This document shows, one piece after another, positions 38,101 to 48,500 of a stretch of DNA of 64,000 nt. Origin of the DNA: Oculina patagonica (lineage: Eukaryota); assembly GCF_052425735.1 (NCBI RefSeq), contig NC_135762.1:1116001-1180000 (forward strand). The letters run 5' to 3'. Within the stretch, counting starts at the first letter, position 1, and the number at the start of each line of letters is the position of its first letter. The notes beneath the pieces are model-generated. The model saw only the letters and a list, made by a program, of their open reading frames with translations. It had not been told where the DNA came from and ran no database searches. Position numbers and translations under genes: made by a program.

Positions 38101-38661
38101 CCAAGCGGCGATCAACTCGCTTGAGTGGGGTTTCACGTAGTTTTCGAATTTATTCCAGTAGTTTTCGAGTTTCTTTTGTTCGTCTGCCGAGAGGCCCCAG
38201 CTGTTGAACAGCTCCAAGCCGTGCTCACCGGCCCAGTAAAGAAGGTGCTTACACTGGATTTCTTCGTCAATTTTGGCCATCGGCCCCGTAAAGAGTAGTT
38301 CACAGCGTTGTTTCCACATTTTGAAGCGTGAGTATAGGTTTTCATCCGTACTCCAGTCCATGGTTGGACCCTTGTCAATGAATGAGGCGCTGGCGGCCAT
38401 GTTGTCTTCTTGTCAGAATCAATCGTACGCGTGTCGTTCGGAAATCCTTCACTCTTCCACCTTCTCCAGTGTATCGAGCTAAATGGTATGTTTGGTTACT
38501 TCACAATCCCGCTTCTGACACCATGTAAAGATATTCCAAGTGTGCTGAAGCTAACTTTTATTCTATCTAACAGTGTATCTAAAGAGTGCAGATCAGTCCA
38601 AGCACACGTGTATGATTCTGTCCAGTCCTCACGCGCATGCGCAAAACCTGATATGTTTACA
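35138..38661 (-). mobile_element. Gypsy/Ty3 LTR retrotransposon, internally deleted (3.5 kb)
   Basis: LTRs TGT...ACA at 35138-35277 and 38524-38661, differing only by a 2-bp indel by eye. TSD AATTA. PBS TGGTGTCAGAAGCGGGATT (38523-38505) matches the 3' end of tRNA-Leu. PPT AGGGTGGAGA adjoins the 3' LTR. Confidence 0.97.
35422..38400 (-). CDS. Gypsy gag-pol fusion (992 aa) lacking the RT catalytic core and the integrase C-terminal region
   Basis: Gag zinc knuckle CHYCQKVGHLAKVC, protease IDSGA, RNase H SDASLKGLG...ETDHKPL, integrase HQGH...CPTC and D(LF)-D(NGPQ)-E(R). Domain order PR-RT-RH-IN is Gypsy. No YxDD motif. Confidence 0.95.
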   Translation of the reverse strand: MAASASFIDKGPTMDWSTDENLYSRFKMWKQRCELLFTGPMAKIDEEIQCKHLLYWAGEHGLELFNSWGLSADEQKKLENYWNKFENYVKPHSSELIAAWELHNLRQGTLSLEEFIAKLRILVKEANYPSDHPDRFLRDFLVLGMNADHVRKECFKEGNALTFSKAREMAKADESADKQLKLMNPVSAVHPVSSTMRNQFPSDQLNPVAGESKQNPKGNKSGKAQLCRNCGWGPHSREQCPARNATCHYCQKVGHLAKVCISKLKKKNVHEIEATSNNNALAESEPTQSLGDYVFLGLIEATPLAMNVNVVSCREKALLEVSLALKPEGKQMNALCKIDSGAETNIIPKSLYQQLSPETLSLQQPTVKLTAYGGAEIPNLGSCQIYVKGPNNPNPRVIQAEVVDVDGPVIIGNMSAQDLNLLKLNWPVTASTNATTQNVVQSEKPMPNVHTVKLFDIRGKQHPFPLTKDYLLKEYQDVFTGIGCFPGPPYHIETNPDVPPVQHASRQVPVQLQQAYIEELDQLQAIRDMPSPKNLTELQCFLGMINYLNRFSPILAQVSEPVRQLMKKDVPFLWQPEHQRSFQNLKQAITEVPVLAYYDPEKENLIQSDASLKGLGCVLMQEGKPVCYASRSLTETESRYSNIERKLLAACWSLEKLNHYVFGKKVVIETDHKPLESIWKKSISSASPRLQRLLLKMSKYNVEIRYIQEKNNVIADALSRISHMEPPVADNEVPVVEMDTISRTLPASPAKLDEIRECTDQDVVLSHLKDVVHHGWPEYPNECPQDLKEFWNFREDLSVENGLILKGHKLVIPSKLRPQMLQIIHQGHMGTEKCLLRARESLFWPGISRDIKEMTENCPTCAQFSKQQPKEALHPHNVPSYPWQKLGCDLFDYRGAEYLIVADYYSKYPIIRKLSSTTSAAIINHLKSIFAEHGIPETLVSDNGPQYSSREFAAFCDQWGINHITSSPVYPKSNGFIERMVQTVKKPLRLDL

Positions 38662-38867
38662 AATTAAACTTTGCGGCTTATAGCGTTTGATATTGCGTCT
38701 GTTGCATGGCGACTGTGTTTATCTTATAATAAACGAACCTATCCTTGCGTGTCCATAGACACAAGCTGCCCGTTACTCTACTCAGTGATACAAGCTGAAG
38801 TGTCTGAGTGAATCATACAATAGTACTGGAGAAACTATCTTTAATTTGAAGTTTGTTTGCCGCCAAT

Positions 38868-41296
38868 ATGTTGGGGAACGTCGAGTCACTTGATATGGAA
38901 AACCGTGATCCAATGGATATGAACTCCTTCTTAAAAGTAAGTCAATGTTTACTATTGTTTACTGCGTAAATCGTTTCATAGCCGTTTCATTTGTTTAAAG
39001 CGAAGATCAAGTTTACTTGTTTCCAACTGTAAAGTACTTTGTCAAACTAAGTTTTAGTGCTGAAGGTACTCTGCAACGGGAATACTGGGCTGAGTAAATA
39101 AGAACCGAGAGTTTTTAAAATTGTACTATCGCTCACGATATGGTCATGAAGTACAAGTTAGATCGGCACCGAACTATAATTAAACAATGCATCTAAGGAA
39201 ATTTTCAAGATTTTAAAAATCGAGAAAATTTGATGTGGCTCATTAAATAAAGAAATTTGCAACAAATTCCCCAAATGCGCAAAAGTTGGTGTCGCGAAAT
39301 ATCGCTCTTCCAATTAAGGTTGGGTTTATTTGATTAATTGGTGATTCAAAGATTTGATTTTTTAATCTCAGATCGCACAGATACTTTGCGCCCACAGAAA
39401 TAAAAAAATCGGAAAATGGATTTCATTTTACCATGACAACCCGTATCCACTGGTCGCGCCGAACATTTGAAAAGCTCGTATTAATTTTTCCTTCGACGGA
39501 TTCCTAGCCAAAATTACAGCGACGATTTCAGCGGTTAAGGGGTACAGCTTCCGTAAGGCACCCGGCGACTGTTCTGGAAAACACGAATTTAATTATCAGT
39601 TTACAACGAAATGTAACAACATCGATCAATAAGGAAGATGCTTATAAGCATCGCGCGATCAATGACCAAATACAAACGGAATTTAGACTGGTCGCAAGGC
39701 CAGGGAAATAAGAACGAAGCACGGCAAAATTATTTTTACATGTTTTGTTTGGCTTTGACCGTGTACAAAACAAAATAAGTTTTGACATGTGTCCAAGCAA
39801 CTAACCAACAGAAACGTTAGTCAAACTATGTGAGCGCAAACTGAACAAAACCGCGGACCTTCCATCAAAACTCCCGGCATCTTTAATTTGTTTAGTTGCT
39901 TTTATGAAGTTTGCCAGGCTTCATTACCATTTCTTCTATTAACTGTGCCTTAACTCTGAAGATTACGTTTGTCGATTTAGACAAACTCTTTTAGTTTCAC
40001 TACTGTCTATAAGACCAATGGCAGAAATCTATGGAAAATTGAAATCATGACTGTACGCATGGCTTCACAACACATCTTTTCAACCCTCCGCATAATTATG
40101 CTACGAGCGGTCCCTTGTTTTTCTTAGTCCATCGAGCGTGAAGCTAAACAAGAGCGCGAGTAGAAAAATGGACATGGGAAATCTGTCATTTTTCCACTCG
40201 TTTTTTTTTTTTCGTTTAATACTCCACGGACTAGAAAAAAAAAATAATAAAAAAGAGACTGCTAGTAGTTTCGGATCAATTTAGGTTTCTGGGAAACTGC
40301 TCACCTACCCCTCCCCAAACCTAACATTTTGCCCAAGGCGATAAGTAAGGGTTAATGTTAGGTTTGGGGAGGGGTAGGTTTCTTTCTCAGCAGTTTATTT
40401 GGCGCCAAATATATACTTCCTTTAAAAATGGCGCAAATGATCTATCATCACTATGACTGCTTTTTGAAGCACTTGGATGGTATCCAATGGTCAAATAATA
40501 TACGTTACCGCAGAATTCCGATAATAAATCCTACACCACGAAAAAGAGGACCGTATTTTATGTTGTTACAGTATGCTTAGAGACTTGGCAGCCAGTTGAG
40601 GTTCGAGTTTGTTTCGTTTTACATATCGTTATGTTTGGAGAGCTCTGCACGCGGTATTCTTGTACGCACCTAAAATTGGCCAAATGCAACATGTTATTGA
40701 TAAAAGCGTTTTATTTTTGCTACAATAAACCTTATATTTTAGACGAAAATAGTCAACAAAATCTTCACCCTATTTCAGGCCGCGCGTACCAAAAGCTTAT
40801 ATAAGGGAGTACCCCACCGGGGGTGGGGTCGGGGAGGGGTGGTGCGTCACCATGGTCTCCTCATGCAGTCCAGGCTAGGCTTGTCTCGATGTCCAAAATT
40901 TATTGAGAGAACTCAAACGCAACAAGACTGATAATATCATTTAATTTGTTCCTACAGGTTGAATTCACTGATGTGATAGCAGAACCCGAAGGAATTCATT
41001 CGCACGAATGCTTGTACGGCTGTACTTTTAAGACGTACAACTGTGCAAAGAACTGTTGCTATTTGTTCCTGTCCTTCCTGTGTGGGGGTCCCCTGGCGTT
41101 CTGTTTTGGCTGTTACTTTGCCTGCCTTGGATTTGAGTACATCTGGTGTGTTATGCCGTGCACTCGGGCCTGGCTGATTGAAGTCGAGTGTATCGGGAAG
41201 ATCTTTGGCTACTGCATCAAGGCTTTCTGTGATCCATGTTTTGAGTCGATCGGAAGAATGTTTTCTCAAATTCGAGTTAAGACTGAGACTGTGTAA
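38868..41296 (+). CDS. Caveolin (copy A), 135 aa, 2 exons
   Basis: Exons 38868-38936 (MLGNVESLDMENRDPMDMNSFLK) and 40958-41296. NRDP motif, signature FTDVIAEPEGIHS, hydrophobic hairpin, C-terminal CDPCFESIGRMFS. Not assignable to CAV1/2/3 by eye. Confidence 0.93.
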
Positions 41297-42131
41297 CTGT
41301 TAGCAACCATTGTTGCCAGTAGACTATTCATCTCTAGTCCTGTCTCCAGGAAGGAGAAATAAGACTGAAAAGCGAACTTAGTTGACATTTTTTTGTTACT
41401 TTTCATTTATTTATTCCGTAAACTTACGATAATTAGTATCACAAGGTTTGCAAAAGTAGCAAGAACGCATACATAACACAACTTTTAGGCTAGTTACTGT
41501 AAAAAGTTGTTGTAAATTAAAGCACTATTGGTGAATCTATGCATGCGTGATAACGTGGCTTGAAGTCCCACGATAATTACAAATAAAATAGATTTCCTTG
41601 ACTGGGAATAGTCTTTTATGCGAGCGCAGGAGTAATAACATAATTTCCGTCACTAACCTGCAAGGATTCAGGCGACATCAGGCTATGTCGGTTGTTTTCC
41701 ATTTCCAAAAAATATCGGAAATTTTGGTCGGGAATGTCTGTTTGGGAAGAATAAATTTCCCCCAAGAATATTCAATTCATTTGAACTGTCCGAGCACATG
41801 CAGTGACTGAATCACTCGCATCTTTTCTCGCGAGGAACCCTAAGTTTACGACGGAAATTAAATAAATTATGTGGAATTCCATTACCACACCATGTCTCCA
41901 ACAGTTTTACTCAATGCTGCAGTTGTTAATCTTGTTTCTCCCAGTTCCCGCCCATACACCCGGGTCTACACGGGAATTCTGCCTCGCGCTCTGTCTTTTT
42001 CCCCTTCTCCTAGACTGCCTCTGTCCTCTTTCAACTTTCAAATTGGCGGGATCAACATCCGAAATGGTAATAATTTCTGTTACTTTTTTGAATTGTTATT
42101 ATTTTGTAAAGCGCCTTAGCACTTTTGTTTG

Positions 42132-42552
42132 AGAGACGCGGTGGCCATAATGGTTTAATTAAGCGGTCCGTATCCATTGTGTTGTGTTCTTGGGACAAGA
42201 CACTTCTCTCTCATAGCACCCCTCTCCACCCAGGTCTATAAATTGGTACCGGCGAACTTATGCTGGAGGTTAACCGATGGACAAGCACCCCATCCAGGGG
42301 GAGTAGAAATACTCCTAGTCGCTTCATGTACAGAAACCGGGATGAGCTCCGGCCTGTATGGGCCACTACAATCAACTCCCGCCTTGCGGACACCTCGCTA
42401 TTACGGACACCCCGTTATTACGGACAGGAGTTCAAGCCGGTCCCGGCGAATAAGAAAATGCTGTAAATATCTCCCGTTACTAAGGACTTCCAATATTGCG
42501 GACACCAAATTGTGGTCCCGAAGGTGTCCGTTATAGTGAGAGCTGACTGTAT
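42132..42552 (+). mobile_element. tRNA-derived SINE followed by a mariner/pogo-type MITE (42367-42552)
   Basis: SINE core CCTCTCCACCCAGGTCTATAAATTGGTACCGGC. MITE termini TACAATCAACTC...CGGACACC / GGTGTCCG...GAGCTGACTGTA. Confidence 0.75.
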
Positions 42553-42786
42553 ATCCTTACAACTTTTGTAAAAGCGCTATATGAAATTTATTTATTTATG
42601 TAGTCAACAATTATATATATAGGAACGTCTGTTCTTTTGTTCACAATGACTGAGATGTCAAGCAGTAAAAGTAATAACCTACTTGACAAACAGTTCTTAA
42701 GAAACGCTTGGTTGCAGTCAAACTTCCGTTTACAAGTGCACTGGCGGACGAAGTTTGCAAGACTTACTGAAAACCTTCACGACAAT

Positions 42787-44482
42787 ATGTTGGAAAACAC
42801 AGCATCAGCAGAACCAGAAGCTCAACTTATCGTAGACAGAGGAAATCGTGATCCTACGAACATGAACTCTTTCTTGAAGGTATGGTTTACCGTTTGTATT
42901 CTTCACACTATTTAAGTGCGCACTGAGTCAAACGAAGTTATATTCCGAGTGCATTTCGCCAAGCTCTTATTTTAAGACTAATTTTGTCCATGCGGAGTAC
43001 TTTTTGCAAAAACGATAAATGTCATAAATTTGAAATCATGCGGTCCTTTCGTATTTAGTGTTATAAGACTTATAATATCAGTAAACATGACCTTCAGTAG
43101 ACAACACAACAGTTAAATTTTCTCCTGAGGTTATCATCCGTCATCCGATGATATTTGCTTATATATAAATAATTTGTACGTTTTTTGCTACACTTACTTA
43201 TCAAACTGAAAAGATCACAGAAAAACAATTTTCGTCCATAAGATGTCCATTACGATGCAAAAGAATGTTTCCAGATAACTTTTGATAACTATGGAACACA
43301 AAAGAGCTAATTATTATTCTGATTATTCATTCTTAATTCTACTCAAGAGGTGCCAGGGCGTCAGAGCTCTCTCTCTCTCTTAATTTCCACCCTGGGAGGT
43401 GCAATTTAAACTGTAAGCCGGCTACAGGGCTTAATGTTTGGTATTAGGAAACTGTTAGGAGACCAAATCTTTGGCATCAGTTTTGATTTTTGGTAACTGT
43501 TGACTGTTAATTGAGATTAACCTTTTACCGTTTTGGCGGTTGAAATATCTTTATCGTTTTTTGCTAGCTGATTGCTAGCAGCCATTTATTTCTGCTTTCA
43601 AATCGTGACTCAGCATGGCAAAGCACATTTCCACGTGCATGACTTTTGGGCAAACAATTATTTATCACTTTCTCAATATAGCTCTATATTCCTCTTTCAT
43701 GTTTTTCACAGCTTTATTATGCTTGCAGTATTATATTTAGGAAATCAAACTTCAGTTTGAATTATTTTCGACGCTTTCATAAAAAAGCTGAAAATAAACG
43801 ACTTGCATAGACATTATGCATACATCCGAAACGGAGTCTGGGCACGAAATTGATGATCGTTTCAGTTGCCTACTCGGGGATAGTAAGAGATTCCAACGGC
43901 TCTCGGGACGATAACCGGAGGGCTATTTAGGCCAACCGCAGTGTATTTAGGCTCATCTGAGTGTTTAGTATTTACTGCATGAACTTAGTGGTCCGTGGTA
44001 TAATTTGTCATGAGCTGTCTCACTATATGAACTAAGTGCAAAATAGTCAGTCTCGAATGTGCTCATTCAGTCGGGGACAAAAGGAAAACATTTTTCACGG
44101 TAGTAAAAGTTAATATGGCAACTACATCATTTGTTTCTCCTAGGTGGAATTCACTGATGTGATAGCAGAACCTGTTGGGTTTCATTCCAACGACGGTGTA
44201 TACAACTGTGCCTTACAAACGTACAACTGTACAAAGAACTGCTGCTATTTGTTCCTGTCCTTCCTGTGTGGGGGTCCCCTGGCGTTCTGTTTTGGCTGTT
44301 ACTTTGCCTGCCTTGGATTTGAGTACATCTGGTGTGTGATGCCGTGTACTCGGGCCTGGCTGATTGAAGTCGAGTGTATCGGGAAGATCTTTGGCTACTG
44401 CATCAAAAGTTTTTGCGATCCATGTTTTGAGTCGATCGGAAGGATGTTTTCTAAAATTCATGTCAAGACTGAAACCGTTTAA
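42787..44482 (+). CDS. Caveolin (copy B), 143 aa, 2 exons
   Basis: Exons 42787-42879 (...GNRDPTNMNSFLK) and 44144-44482 (VEFTDVIAEP...). Same phase-0 intron position as copy A. Confidence 0.93.
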
Positions 44483-45546
44483 ACCATACATAACAAAACT
44501 AACACTGAAATAATCTTTATTTTTTATTGTACTCTTCTTGCCTTTACAATATTCATATCAAGATATTTTGTTAGAAATAAATTAGAGTACTGGCTGCCTG
44601 GAATAACTATAGGGGCTAGCAGAGCCAGGCGGCCAGTTAAAATAACCTTCCTTTAAGCTTGATAGTTTGGTATCAGTGACGCAAGCGGTAGCTTTGTATC
44701 AACTCAAGAACAAGTAAAAATTATCTAAAATCTATCTAATTCGATTCTAAAACGAGTTTTTGCCCATTGTTTACACTCATGAACCGAGACCAGAATTCGT
44801 TGTTAAATAGGAAGTTCCTAAAAGACCGGACAGCTGTAATTGTAATTGTACCTGAAATAAAGCATCAAGAAGGCAAAGTTTGAAACGGTAACTGGGCGGT
44901 AATTGTCAAGGCGACGTTACTTTTTTCTCCCGTAGGGTGGTTGGCAAACAAGAGAGTCGCTACATAAGAGTAACCAGAGGGTGCTCTGCCTTACACATGT
45001 GCACTCGCCAGAGTACCCACAGGGTGCTTTTGCCTCACTGGTGTACCAAGAGGGTATTTTGTAAAACTCTTGCCAATTAAAATTCATTGCATTTTATAAA
45101 CAAGCCTTATAAGGAAGCCTAATTACCGAGATTCTTTAAAGCAATGGTGATTTTCGATGGATATTCACTGGTTAACAACAAAAATTGAGAAGCAGGCAAA
45201 TTTTACAACCACCAGCTACGTCATCACAGGCAATTTCGTTCCCAATCCTCTGAACTTTTTTTTGACCTCCTGGGCCACTTTAGAAAGCAAAAGACCGGGC
45301 ATCTCTTTCTTTCAGTCGAATTTTGTTTTGCCACTTTATAATAAAGGCACAGAAGGAGTCAACTTTCAGCAGACAGGTGCCAGCTTAGTTAATTAAAGTG
45401 AAATCGGCCACCTGTCATTAGTGCGAATTGTACTTCAGCTGCTTTTCCGAATAGACATCATTAGTACTTTGCCAACGGTCAACACTGCCTTGACTTTATG
45501 ATCTGTCAGACGTGAGAACTGCAAATATCCACATTGTGGTGCAAGA

Positions 45547-48500
45547 ATGAATTTTTCTTTGCTCTTTGTTTTCGTGTCATGGATTTCAACGATAATGCAT
45601 CCAACGCACGTGGCGGGTGAGTTCGAAAAATGCCTTCTACAGACCGTAAATCTGTGAAACTTTTAAATGCAAGGAATCTTACAACGCAGAGTAAAACCCG
45701 GTACTTCTATTTGTCGGATCTCTTTTTGTAGAAATGCTTGTACCAGACGTCACTGTACCGTGTAGGAAAACCAACTAAAATGCAGGGTTGGTACTACGAC
45801 AAAGGACACTTTAAATAGACTAATATTTTGATAAATCCTAAAATAGTGCTATTACAAGTCAAAGTATTTGGCTGTTAAAAGTATCCTCTGCCGCAGTATC
45901 AGCCTTGCATTTTAATTGCAAATTTGTGTTTTATATCTCTAAACATCTATGGTTTTTAGTAAGTATACCGCCTTCTTTTCGTTTCGAATCTCTATTACTA
46001 ACCATTACTACTGTTAACTCGCTTTACTAACCTTTGTCAACTATGCCAGTTTTAATAAAAACAAACGTTCACTGGCTAAAAATATTAAAAAAACGATGAG
46101 CTTTCGGCTGTCGCTCTACAGCCGTCGAAGGATGGAACGATAGAGCGACAGCCCAAAGCTCATTGTTTTTTTTTAAAATATTTTTAGCCAGTGAACGTTT
46201 GTTTTTATTATGTATAATCCTGGCTGCGCTTCAATCTTTATGCCAATTTTGCTTGTTCTTAGGCCTACTCTGGGATCCAAAATCGCCCAAAGTCGCCCAA
46301 AATCGCCTAAAGTCCCCCAAAGTCGCCTAAAGTCGTCCAAAGTCGCCTAAAGTCGCTCTAAGTATAGATATTTTCTGTAACAATGCTTTATGGTGTACCA
46401 GGATGATTCCCATGTACATGTATACAACAACTGTACTAAGGTCGGTCACCTAAAATTGCCTAAAGTCGCTCAAAATCGCCCAAAGTCGCCCAAAATCGCC
46501 TTAAATCGCCCAAAATCGCCCGTAATTTTGGACAAAATGAGCTAAAATTGCCTAAAGTCGCCTTAAGTCGCCCAAAGTTACGGCGACTTTGGGTCCCAGA
46601 GTAGGCCTGTTCTTACAATATGAAAATACTGTCAAGCAGAGAGTAAAAAACTCGCCAATTAGGGACTATATCGTCTTGTTACCCTCATACCGTGCCTTGA
46701 AATTAATTTTCCTTTGTATTATGTAGACCATGCTGAAAACTAATTTAAAAACATTTTTCTCACTCGAGTAAAATTATGAACAGGTTTAAGCCTGTGAATC
46801 GAAATTACGAAACATAGAGGAAGTTGTGATGAATATCTAGAGGAAAAAGTTCGGACAAAAATAAATCCATTGTCAGATTTATTTCAGTGGAATAACCTTA
46901 AGTTATCATTCTTCAGAAAAAGCTCTCATTTAGGGGAAATTTGTGTAAGAACGTAGTTTCATTGCTTTTTTATTTCGGTCTTTGAAATCTTTTTTTTTTT
47001 AATTTACGTAAGTTGCAATCGGAAAAAATGCGAACAATTATAAACAAAATATAATGCAAACACCGGCTGAACTTGAACATTATCAGATGCGGGGTATTGA
47101 AGAAAAAAGTAATTCACACATTCACCGTTGACTGTTTAAACATGAAGTAACTTATAAAGTCATATTGCAAAAGTTTATGATCTCTCGACCTTATAGCTAG
47201 TTATCTTTACCTTTATCCCCTCTTCTAACTATGACCCATAATCCATCACCCATAAATATTTCATACCACAAGGACAATAATGTATGAAAGGCTTAATCAG
47301 TCTTATTCAGGTCTCATATTTTTAAAGTCATTAGTATACAAGCTAAAAATATGGTAAAAAAAATAAAAAAATGAAAGAAGCGAAAAGATGGTACCAAAGG
47401 TTTGGTGTTAGAAGCTTGAAAAGTGAGCTTTTTTTCTTGTTATATTCGACGATTGCGCATTACGCGAAGGAAATTTATGCAAAATCATTTGTTGGTGAAA
47501 TTAACAAAGCAAAATGGTCGAGTTTCTCCAAGCCCGCAGTTTGAATTTCGGAACAGGGGGCTGGGGAATAATTTATTTTAATTCAATGTTAGTCAGAATT
47601 ATGCTAACAAGAACAGAATATGACAACAGGACAGAAAAAGACTGGCAAAAATGAAACACACACACGCCCACTGTCTTTGGAAAATAGGCAAGTTGTTTTT
47701 CAGCTGTTTACGCTCGATGGTTGACTGACAATTTCACGCGAGATTGGCCAGGCCAGGCAGCTTCATATCAGAATTTCTTGTGTAACATTTAAGACTGCCT
47801 CTGGCATTATCATCTTGAAAAATGTAGATCTTTCATTCCTTATAATTCTTAATATCTAATTTCAGGTCGAAAACGTGAACTATACTTCCTAAGCTCCTAC
47901 TTCTTTGCTGATCGACGATTGTTGAAGCACAGGATCGAAACGGAGCATGTGAAGGACTTGGATTTTTGTGCATTTCTCTGCTACCAACATGACGACTGTG
48001 TCAGTTTTAACATTAAAAAAGATACAGATAGTGCAACAGGACAACAAGAATGCGAGCTGAATAATTCTACTCACATAGAACATGATGGAGACCTGACAAA
48101 TGACAACGCTTATCTTTATCGCGGCGCAAAGGTGATAAAAACTTATACAGTTTGTTGAACTTTTTGCCCTCAGTGAGTTATCTATTTAACAATTTTTTTA
48201 CAAGTTTGATTACGAATCATCGGCTTTTCATAGTTTTTTAACAATACGCTGCCAAGGCCGACAGATTTTTTTCAAACTTAAACATGATCGTAACACTCAA
48301 CTTGACTCTATCCGTGCAAAACGTTTCAGATAGAACAATGCGTTCCTAATTTTTCCGTACCTCTAATTACATTCAAAATATTTTACTACGTTCTTCGCGC
48401 TCTATTATAAAATCATATTCATAAATAGCCATCGCACTTGAAATTGACACTGAACTTGAAAATGCTGTCATGAAGACAGTGAAACGTTGTTCTATATTTA

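Noticed and set aside
40952-44491. Antisense ORFs over both caveolin exons
   Set aside because: They are shadow frames of the caveolin CDS, shared only because the two exons are near-identical.
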